DNA from: Fidelibacterota bacterium
GTDB taxonomy: Bacteria; Fidelibacterota; Marinisomatia; Marinisomatales; UBA1611
Length of the DNA: 64,000 nt
Direction of reading: 5' to 3'
NCBI GenBank assembly: GCA_045568995.1
Contig: JBJKZY010000045.1
Span: forward strand, 4,281 to 68,280
Made by a program: the position numbers and the translations under genes. Shown here piece by piece: positions 52,493-60,516 of this stretch. Position 1 is the first letter of the stretch; each line of letters starts with the position of its first letter. Under the pieces are notes generated by a model. The model saw only the letters and a list, made by a program, of their open reading frames with translations. It searched no databases and was not told the origin of the DNA.

Positions 52493-55189
52493 TTATATTA
52501 GTTCAGATTGAGCTGCCGCTAATCTAGCAATAGGAACTCTATATGGCGAACAACTAACATAGTCTAATTCATTTTGTTTGCAGAAAAGAATAGAAGACGG
52601 ATCTCCTCCGTGTTCTCCACAAATACCTATCTTTAGACTGCTATTTTTTCCACGGCCATACTTAACAGCCATAGATACTAACTTTCCCACACCTTTTACA
52701 TCTAAGCTTTGGAATGGATCGCCAGGTAAAATATTGCGGTCTAAATACTCTGGTAGAAAAGAACCAATATCATCCCTGCTAAAGCCGTAGGTTGTCTGAG
52801 TTAAGTCATTTGTTCCAAAACTAAAAAACTCTGCATGTTCTGCAATCTCATCTGCTGTTAGGCAGGCTCTTGGAAGTTCAATCATTGTTCCAACAAGGAA
52901 ATTTAATGTTATACCATATTTGCTTTCAACGTTTGATGCAACATTTCGAATAACTTTCTCTTGATCTATATATTCTGTAACGGTTCCAACTAACGGGATC
53001 ATTATTTCTGGTAGAATATTAAAACCATCCATAACAAGTTCAGCTGTTGCCTCTAAAATTGCTTTTGCTTGCATTTCTGTAATTACAGGATATGCTATCC
53101 CAAGCCTACAACCACGGTGTCCCAACATAGGATTTAGTTCATGGAGACTTGCAATGCGCTGACGTACTACTGAGGCGTCTAAGCCAATATTCCTAGCTAG
53201 TTCATTCACCTGATTATCATTCAAGGTTATGAATTCATGGAGGGGTGGATCAAGTAATCTGATAGTTACCGGTTTCCCTTCCATAGCTTTCAGCGTTGCT
53301 TTGAAATCTTCCTTTTGAAAAGGGAGTAGTCCCATTACCGCTTCTCTTCTATCTTCATCATTATCAGATAAAATCATTTTTCTCATTGCTAATATTCGTG
53401 TCTCATCAAAAAACATATGCTCGGTTCTACACAAACCTATTCCTTCAGCTCCAAACTTTATAGCTTGTTTAGCATCTTCGGGGCTTTCAGCATTTGTTCT
53501 TATTTTGAGCTTTCTTATTTCATCTGCCCACATCATTAATTCTTTATATTCAAGGTTTCTGTCTGGATCAGCTGGAATTAGTTTTAATTGATCTAGATAT
53601 ACAACTCCAAGCGTTCCATTCATGGTTATCCAATCACCTTCCTTGACTATTACTTCACCAACTGTCAATTGTTTTTTTTCTACAGAAATATTTAATTCAT
53701 TGCATCCTACAATACAACACTTGCCCCACCCTCTTGCAACTAGAGCAGCGTGAGACGTCATTCCTCCTCTTGCCGTTAAAATTGCTTCAGCGGCGTGCAT
53801 CCCATGAACATCTTCAGGGGAGGTTTCTTCTCTCACCAAGATTACTTTTTCACCTCTGTTGTTCCATTCTTCTGCATCATCTGCTGTAAAAACAACTCTT
53901 CCTTTTGCTCCACCAGGACCAGCTGGAAGTCCTTTAGTTAATTTTGTAGCACTTTCTTCACTAGCTTTGTCTAAAGCAGGATGGAGTAATTCATCTAGTT
54001 GATTAGGGTTTACTCTCATGATAGCAGTGTTTTTATCAATCATTTTTTCATTAAACATATTTACAGCCATTTTTATCGCAGCTACACCATTTCTTTTTCC
54101 AACGCGGGTCTGTAACATCCAGAGTTTTCCTTCTTCAATTGTAAATTCAATATCTTGCATATCTGAATAATGTTTTTCTAGTCTATTTTTTATATCAAAT
54201 AGCTCATTGTATATTTTGGGCATTGTATCTTGTAACGAAGGAAGGTGGTTTGTATCTTCCGTTTTTGTATCCTCATTAAGTGGATTAGGAGTTCGAAGTC
54301 CAGCAACAACATCTTCTCCTTGTGCATTAGTTAACCATTCTCCAAAAAATTTATTTTCCCCAGTTGCAGGATTTCTTGTAAATGCAACGCCTGTGGCAGA
54401 TTCTTCTCCGGTGTTACCAAAAACCATAGTCTGTACATTTACAGCAGTCCCCCATTCTTCAGGTATGTTTTCTATTTTTCTATAGCTGATAGCTCTAGCA
54501 CCATTCCAACTTTTAAAGACAGCTTCAACTCCACCCCACAATTGAGCTTCAGCATTGTCAGGGAATTCTGATCCAAGAGAAGATCTTATTTCCCCTTTAA
54601 AGACATCAATGATTTTTATCCAATCATCTTCAGTCAGATCAGTATCATTTTCTAAGTTTTTTTCTGATTTATAAGAAGATAAATGATGCTCAAGTTTTTG
54701 TCTAATTCCTTCCCCTTCAGGAGGATTAATTCCAGCCGCTTTTTCCATTACTACATCTGAATACATTGTTATTAATCTTCTGTAAGCATCATAAACAAAC
54801 CTAGGATTGTTTGTTTTTTTAATTAAACCTGGAATAGTATTTGAAGTAAGTCCAATGTTTAATACTGTTTCCATCATTCCTGGCATAGATTGTCGAGCAC
54901 CGGATCTTACAGATAAAAGTAAGGGGCTATCTGAATCGCCAAATTTTGTTCCCATAATTGATTCAATTTCAGCTAAGCCATTTTTTACTTCTCTCGCTAA
55001 TTCTTCAGGAAAAGATTTATCATTTTTATAGTACTCTGTACAAACTTCTGTGGTTAATGTAAAACCTGGGGGCACAGGAATGCCTAAAATATTCATTTCT
55101 GCTAAATTAGCCCCTTTACCGCCAAGTAAATTTTTCATATCAGCTTTACCGTCAGCTTTACCATCTCCAAATAGATACACGTATTTCAC
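52493..55189 (-). CDS. ppdK: Pyruvate, phosphate dikinase
   Basis: LGGKGANLAEM, SVRSGA..SMPGMM, GGMTSHAA, GIGLCRTEHMF, GICGEHGG. Confidence 0.97.
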   Translation of the reverse strand: MKYVYLFGDGKADGKADMKNLLGGKGANLAEMNILGIPVPPGFTLTTEVCTEYYKNDKSFPEELAREVKNGLAEIESIMGTKFGDSDSPLLLSVRSGARQSMPGMMETVLNIGLTSNTIPGLIKKTNNPRFVYDAYRRLITMYSDVVMEKAAGINPPEGEGIRQKLEHHLSSYKSEKNLENDTDLTEDDWIKIIDVFKGEIRSSLGSEFPDNAEAQLWGGVEAVFKSWNGARAISYRKIENIPEEWGTAVNVQTMVFGNTGEESATGVAFTRNPATGENKFFGEWLTNAQGEDVVAGLRTPNPLNEDTKTEDTNHLPSLQDTMPKIYNELFDIKNRLEKHYSDMQDIEFTIEEGKLWMLQTRVGKRNGVAAIKMAVNMFNEKMIDKNTAIMRVNPNQLDELLHPALDKASEESATKLTKGLPAGPGGAKGRVVFTADDAEEWNNRGEKVILVREETSPEDVHGMHAAEAILTARGGMTSHAALVARGWGKCCIVGCNELNISVEKKQLTVGEVIVKEGDWITMNGTLGVVYLDQLKLIPADPDRNLEYKELMMWADEIRKLKIRTNAESPEDAKQAIKFGAEGIGLCRTEHMFFDETRILAMRKMILSDNDEDRREAVMGLLPFQKEDFKATLKAMEGKPVTIRLLDPPLHEFITLNDNQVNELARNIGLDASVVRQRIASLHELNPMLGHRGCRLGIAYPVITEMQAKAILEATAELVMDGFNILPEIMIPLVGTVTEYIDQEKVIRNVASNVESKYGITLNFLVGTMIELPRACLTADEIAEHAEFFSFGTNDLTQTTYGFSRDDIGSFLPEYLDRNILPGDPFQSLDVKGVGKLVSMAVKYGRGKNSSLKIGICGEHGGDPSSILFCKQNELDYVSCSPYRVPIARLAAAQSELI

Positions 55190-55235
55190 TATATCAAATC
55201 CTTTATATTTAGTTAATTAATGCGATTAAAGTTAT

Positions 55236-58200
55236 TTAAAAATCAGGAGAGAAATACCTAATCTCTTTTAGATTTCCATTTTTATCATAAAAAAACCATT
55301 TATCAATCATTTGCCCATTTTTATAATCACCTTGCATCTCTTTTTTTGTTCTTTGATGATCCCACCAACTAGTCCAAGTTGCATCTTTTTTACCGTTTGC
55401 ATAGTAGCCTTCCGAAAGCCTTCCATCTTCAAACCATGCAGTCCACTGTCCTTCTTTTGTTCCATTTGAAAAAGATCCTTCTTGAGCTTTTTTGGACTTG
55501 TCATCATAGAAAATCCAGAGTCCATCAGCATTCCCATTTATAAGAGAACCTTCTTTTTCTTTTATGCCGTTTGTATAGAAAAAAGTCCAATGCCCAACCA
55601 TAGTCCCAAGCCTGTATTCACCGTGAGATTTAATATGCTCATTATCGTACCATTCTGTCCACTGACCATGCTTTTTACCTTCTTTATATCCGCCCTGTTC
55701 CTGTTTCCCTCCGCTCCAAGGTTTTTTTGGTTCCGGAATAGGGACATCAACAATTAGAATTTCTGGGACTTGTTTACCACTTGGAAACCATTTAACCCAC
55801 TGACCGTCTTTTTTACCGTTTTTTACTCTACCAAGAAATTCATATCCTGTTTCAATATCTACATGAGTAATGATACCTGTAAACGGCAAATCTTCATTGA
55901 TTTTATAGAATAGTCCATCTGAGGTACGTTCTGGTGCATCTTCTATAGCAATATGCTCGAGTCCTGTTCCAAAATCAAAATCAAAATCTTTTTTGCCCTT
56001 TGTATTCCAATAAGTCCATACACCATCAGCGAATCCGTTTTTGTAAAACCCTTCTCTTTGCATAGTACCATCTTCATAATAGTAGGTTGTTAACCCTTCT
56101 TTAATGCCTTCTTGATGAAAACCTTGTTCTTGGATTTGATCACTGTTTGGATACCATTTTACCCAAGGACCGTCAGGAACATCTGATCTGTAGTTTGTCA
56201 TTGTATATCGGTGACCGTTTTTCCAAATTGTACTCGGTCCATCAAGTCTACCATCCCGATAAAACTTTTCTTCTTGTTTTTCTTCTGGCGTGAGCCATAA
56301 AGTTGATCTACCATCTTTTTTACCATTAGAAAAACTTATCTCCTCATCAATCGAACCATCATTTGCAAAATAAGACCAGAGTCCGTCTTGTTCATTTTCT
56401 ATATAGTTTCCTTCTGACTTTTTAACTCCCGTATCATACCACCAAGTCCAAATTCCATTTTTTGTTCCATCTATGTAATATCCTTCCATCTCTTTATTAT
56501 CATTCATATACCACCACCAATTCCATAACTCTTCATCATTTTGAGCTTTATAAGTACCTCCATTATAGCTCCATTGTCCATCTGTAAAATTTAAATTATG
56601 ATCATGTTCATACCACCATGTCCATTTTCCATTTGGTTTTCCATTTTGGTAAGACTGTTCCATATGGACATGACCATTGCCGTACCAATATTTGTATGTC
56701 CCGTTAATATCGTCCATTTCGAATTCACCTTTTTCTTTCATAGTGCCATCTTCATACCATAAAGTCCATTTCCCATGTTTTTTTCCACGATAATAAACAC
56801 CATCTATTTCTTTATTCCCGTTTCTATACCATTGAACCCATTGACCATCTCTTTTCCCTGATTTAAAACGACCGAGTAATAAATAGTCTTTTATACCTCC
56901 AGATTCTGTTACAATTCCTGTGTATGGCTTATATTTTCCAATTTTATAAAACATATTATCTCTTTCTTCGAGTTCTGCAATTCGCACTCTTTCCAATCCT
57001 GTTCCGTAATCGAATTTGAAATCTGTTGACCCATCACCACTATAATATGTCCAGTTGCCTTCTTTTTGGTTTCCTCTTACTATTCCTTCTCGATCTTTAT
57101 TGCCATTATCATGCCAAACGATAACTTGACCATCAGGAATCCCGTTAACATATGTTTCTTCACTTTTTTTCTTGTCAAGGTCTGCCCATGATATCCAGAG
57201 ACCATGTTTAACGCTATTTTTATAATCTCCTTCTTTTTCTAAAATTCCATCAGGATTATACCAAATCCACTTTCCATCTTTTTCACCTTTCGAATAACTT
57301 TCTTTAGCTTTTAGGTTTCCATCATCATAACGGATCGTCCAAAGTTTATCTTTTTGGTTTTGCTTGTATTGTCCATCTATGGTTTTAAAGTTATCTTTAT
57401 TCCACACCATATAAGAACCGTTTTTTAAACCATTACTGTATGTAATGACTTTTGTTTTTTGACCATCTTCGGACCAGTATGTCCATTTCTTATCCAACTG
57501 GTTATTTAAATAAAAACCCGTTTTTTCTTTAACAATGCCACCACTATACCAGGAAGTCCAAGAATCGTTTAATTTGCCATTTGAGTATGTAGCTTGAAAT
57601 TTTTTGTTACCATCTTTATACCAAGTAGTCCAGACGCTATCTCTTTCACCATTATTAAATTTTCTTTCGGATTTTTTAGTGCCATCTTCATACCAAGTGG
57701 TCCAAAGTCCTTCTTGTTGGCCATCAATAAAAGTTGTAATCTCTTTTTTTATCCCACTTTCCCAATACCATACCCATTTCCCATTTTGCTTACCATTATC
57801 ATAATTCCCTTCTTCTAATTTTGTTCCACCTTCATACCATTTTGTAATCGAGCCACTTAGTTTTCCTGTCTTGAAGTTTAATTCTTCTTTCTTGCTTCCA
57901 TTAGCAAACCATTTGGTCCAAACACCCTCTTTGTCGCCAGATAAGTAACTACCTTCCATTTTTTTTAACGGGGGATCGTACAGGCTGTCTCCATTAAAAT
58001 CTAAAATGACTTTCTCATCTGTCCCTGTTGTGTCCCAGAGCCCATTATTTTCTCCAGGGTCACCAGTGTTTGGGAGGCGATCTTCTCCGTAGTCTTCAAA
58101 TAGTTCTCCCTCGTACCAAAATGTCCAGAGTCCATCTCGAACCCCATTTGAGTAGTTTCCCTCTGTCTTTAGAGCTTTACTTGGGTAATATGTTTTTACC

Positions 58201-58265
58201 AAACCATCATTTTGAGCATACAATACCCAAATGATAGATGCTGGAATAACCAATAATTTCCGCAT
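55236..58265 (-). CDS. Large secreted MORN-variant repeat protein (1009 aa)
   Basis: Signal peptide; dozens of G.W..WY..G.K..EG.Y..G repeats of about 24 aa. Confidence 0.85.
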   Translation of the reverse strand: MRKLLVIPASIIWVLYAQNDGLVKTYYPSKALKTEGNYSNGVRDGLWTFWYEGELFEDYGEDRLPNTGDPGENNGLWDTTGTDEKVILDFNGDSLYDPPLKKMEGSYLSGDKEGVWTKWFANGSKKEELNFKTGKLSGSITKWYEGGTKLEEGNYDNGKQNGKWVWYWESGIKKEITTFIDGQQEGLWTTWYEDGTKKSERKFNNGERDSVWTTWYKDGNKKFQATYSNGKLNDSWTSWYSGGIVKEKTGFYLNNQLDKKWTYWSEDGQKTKVITYSNGLKNGSYMVWNKDNFKTIDGQYKQNQKDKLWTIRYDDGNLKAKESYSKGEKDGKWIWYNPDGILEKEGDYKNSVKHGLWISWADLDKKKSEETYVNGIPDGQVIVWHDNGNKDREGIVRGNQKEGNWTYYSGDGSTDFKFDYGTGLERVRIAELEERDNMFYKIGKYKPYTGIVTESGGIKDYLLLGRFKSGKRDGQWVQWYRNGNKEIDGVYYRGKKHGKWTLWYEDGTMKEKGEFEMDDINGTYKYWYGNGHVHMEQSYQNGKPNGKWTWWYEHDHNLNFTDGQWSYNGGTYKAQNDEELWNWWWYMNDNKEMEGYYIDGTKNGIWTWWYDTGVKKSEGNYIENEQDGLWSYFANDGSIDEEISFSNGKKDGRSTLWLTPEEKQEEKFYRDGRLDGPSTIWKNGHRYTMTNYRSDVPDGPWVKWYPNSDQIQEQGFHQEGIKEGLTTYYYEDGTMQREGFYKNGFADGVWTYWNTKGKKDFDFDFGTGLEHIAIEDAPERTSDGLFYKINEDLPFTGIITHVDIETGYEFLGRVKNGKKDGQWVKWFPSGKQVPEILIVDVPIPEPKKPWSGGKQEQGGYKEGKKHGQWTEWYDNEHIKSHGEYRLGTMVGHWTFFYTNGIKEKEGSLINGNADGLWIFYDDKSKKAQEGSFSNGTKEGQWTAWFEDGRLSEGYYANGKKDATWTSWWDHQRTKKEMQGDYKNGQMIDKWFFYDKNGNLKEIRYFSPDF

Positions 58266-58354
58266 GGTCGAATTCCTCTTATCTAGGATGAAAAAAAGGA
58301 GGTTTTACGGATGAAGCTATATTTCATCCACCTCTCGGATACCTTCTATAACTA

Positions 58355-58383
58355 AAATTAATGAATTAAGAGGAAAAAGTCAA
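58355..58383 (-). promoter_or_regulatory. Candidate sigma70 promoter for the MORN gene
   Basis: Minus strand TTGACT (58383-58378), 17 bp, TAATTT (58360-58355). Confidence 0.5.
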
Positions 58384-58398
58384 AAAATGTATAATAAT

Positions 58399-59226
58399 TC
58401 AATTACCTTTATTTAAACGGATCCAAAAGCTCTGACCAAACTTATCATTAAGGTTTATTAAGCCTTCATTTGAATTGTTGGTACCCAGAAACGATGTTTC
58501 AGTTTCAAATTTATTATTTGTTCTCAAATATCCCCCACCATCTCTTCCATTACCAAGGTATGTGGTCATTTTACCAAATTGGTTGTAGGTCCTGAAGTAA
58601 CCACTACCTAAGAAGGTTCCCGTTTCTCCTGCAGAGTCATAAACTCGTAGTTGGCCTGAGCTATCTGCACCAGTTCCAATATATACTGTTTCTTGTCCTT
58701 CAAAATTATATGTTCTCAAATATCCCCCTCCACTGGTTCCTGTGCCAAGGAAAAGAGTTCTTTCTCCAAATTGATTGTAAGCTTGATAGTAACCATCTCC
58801 AAGGTAGGATGAAGTCATTCCTTCTTTATTATAAACTCGTAATTGTCCTGCATGGTCAGACCCTGTCCCTAAATAAGATGTTTCTTTTTGTGAGTTATTA
58901 TATGTTCTTATATACCCGCCTCCCATTCTACCAGTCCCAACATATGCAGATTCATCTCCGTTTCCATTGTATGATCTCATGTATCCTCCCCCGTCTTTTC
59001 CAGTACCAATAAACAGGGTTGGTTCTCCATATTGATTGTATGTCTGCATGTAACCATTTCCTAAATAACCCATAATTACGCCTCTATCATCTTCAATGGT
59101 CAGGCTACGCACAACAAGATGACCAAGTTCATCTGTCTTGGATCTTAACCCCAAGGTTGAAAAAACAAGCATCGTTGCAAGAGCTCCAATTATTAAACTT
59201 TTTAGATCAATTTTTTTCATAACCAA
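58399..59226 (-). CDS. Membrane-anchored/secreted Gly-Tyr-rich beta-repeat protein
   Basis: N-terminal hydrophobic segment, about 10 repeats of the type YLGTG..GGGYLRTYN..G.ET. Confidence 0.75.
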   Translation of the reverse strand: MVMKKIDLKSLIIGALATMLVFSTLGLRSKTDELGHLVVRSLTIEDDRGVIMGYLGNGYMQTYNQYGEPTLFIGTGKDGGGYMRSYNGNGDESAYVGTGRMGGGYIRTYNNSQKETSYLGTGSDHAGQLRVYNKEGMTSSYLGDGYYQAYNQFGERTLFLGTGTSGGGYLRTYNFEGQETVYIGTGADSSGQLRVYDSAGETGTFLGSGYFRTYNQFGKMTTYLGNGRDGGGYLRTNNKFETETSFLGTNNSNEGLINLNDKFGQSFWIRLNKGN

Positions 59227-59263
59227 CTCCTTGATCGATTAATATTGATTAACAATTTTCAAT

Positions 59264-60331
59264 TTAGTCATATTCATAGGTATGAACCTGTACAGGAATT
59301 TTATAATCTTCTGAAATATTTTTTCTTATCATATCGTATTTTTTTATTTCAACGATCCTTTCATTTTCATCATAATAGAACACGTTTTTTTCTAGTAATT
59401 TATCTTGTCCATCAAGTATTGCTTCAATAAAAGTTCTACCTTTGCTATCTAATCTTGTTTCTTTGATAGCTAAAAAATTTACTAATGAATCCGAATAATA
59501 GTCATAGAAAACATGACTTTCATCATCGATGACTGTATTGTAAGTTTTTTCTACCTCCCCCTTTTCGTTATATATAACTTTTTTTATTTTTCGATTGTAC
59601 ATATCATATTCATATGTTTTAGATCCTAAAGAAGCGCCAAGATATCCAGAAGTAATTTCATGTGTTAGATTCCCCTCTGCATCATGAAAATATATTGTTT
59701 GGAAAATTACGGAAGGATCAAAATATTCTTTTCTTTTAATTGGTGTTTTTAAAGAATCAAAGTTATATGAAGTAATTGTTAAACAATAGTTATTATATAA
59801 TTCTCGATGTTCAAAACCAGTTCCGTCTTCAAAATATAAATACTTTTCTGCCCAAACCATCTCACCACTTTCAACATCATCAATCATTTCTGGGTTAATT
59901 GCTTTATTTGGATCAAAACGTATTAGCTTATATAAAAAGCTACTATCGTCATATTTATAATGTTCTTTCCAATATATGCTATCATTTGAACCGATAAGAG
60001 AGGTACTTGTCTTTCGTCTTAAATTATCATATTCAAATTTGTAAGATAGAATAACTTCTTTATCGTATGTACGTTGAAGTTGTAGTCCTTCGTTTTCACC
60101 CGTTATATATATATATTTTTTAGAAAGCGGTATATCGTGACTATAGATTGTGCTGTCAGTTATCAAACCTTTCTTGTTATAGTTTATAACTGTAGAGTAT
60201 TTTAACTCTTGGGTTTCTGTTCCAAAACTTTCAAAAACATGATATACTTTTATTGTAGCTGTATTTAATCCTAGCAAAGGTAAAAAAAGAAAAAGACAAA
60301 GTATTTTCATTGTTCTTAATCGAATAACCAT
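59264..60331 (-). CDS. Hypothetical secreted protein with YD-like beta hairpins
   Basis: Signal peptide; FEYDNL, YKYDDS, YEYDMY, YYDEN, YEYD motifs. Confidence 0.6.
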   Translation of the reverse strand: MVIRLRTMKILCLFLFLPLLGLNTATIKVYHVFESFGTETQELKYSTVINYNKKGLITDSTIYSHDIPLSKKYIYITGENEGLQLQRTYDKEVILSYKFEYDNLRRKTSTSLIGSNDSIYWKEHYKYDDSSFLYKLIRFDPNKAINPEMIDDVESGEMVWAEKYLYFEDGTGFEHRELYNNYCLTITSYNFDSLKTPIKRKEYFDPSVIFQTIYFHDAEGNLTHEITSGYLGASLGSKTYEYDMYNRKIKKVIYNEKGEVEKTYNTVIDDESHVFYDYYSDSLVNFLAIKETRLDSKGRTFIEAILDGQDKLLEKNVFYYDENERIVEIKKYDMIRKNISEDYKIPVQVHTYEYD

Positions 60332-60447
60332 TAATTAAGTTTTCTTTTTATCATATTGGGATTTTTGGATCAAAGGTTTATAATTAATTATAAATCAGAA
60401 ATCACTAAGCTGTTATATAATAGAAGTTAACAAATTTTAGTTATCTC

Positions 60448-60476
60448 TTGCTTTAAATATCGTATAATCCTAAAAT
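60448..60476 (+). promoter_or_regulatory. Candidate sigma70 promoter
   Basis: TTGCTT (60448-60453), 17 bp, TAAAAT (60471-60476), upstream of the 60517 CDS (GGAG RBS). Confidence 0.5.
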
Positions 60477-60516
60477 TAAGGAAGTCAAACATTGGCTTAA
60501 AAATGCGGAGTTCTAT

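Noticed and set aside
55236-58265. YwqK-type antitoxin of a toxin-antitoxin pair (also 25675-26148)
   Set aside because: Only generic MORN-variant repeats are seen and no adjacent toxin gene is recognisable.
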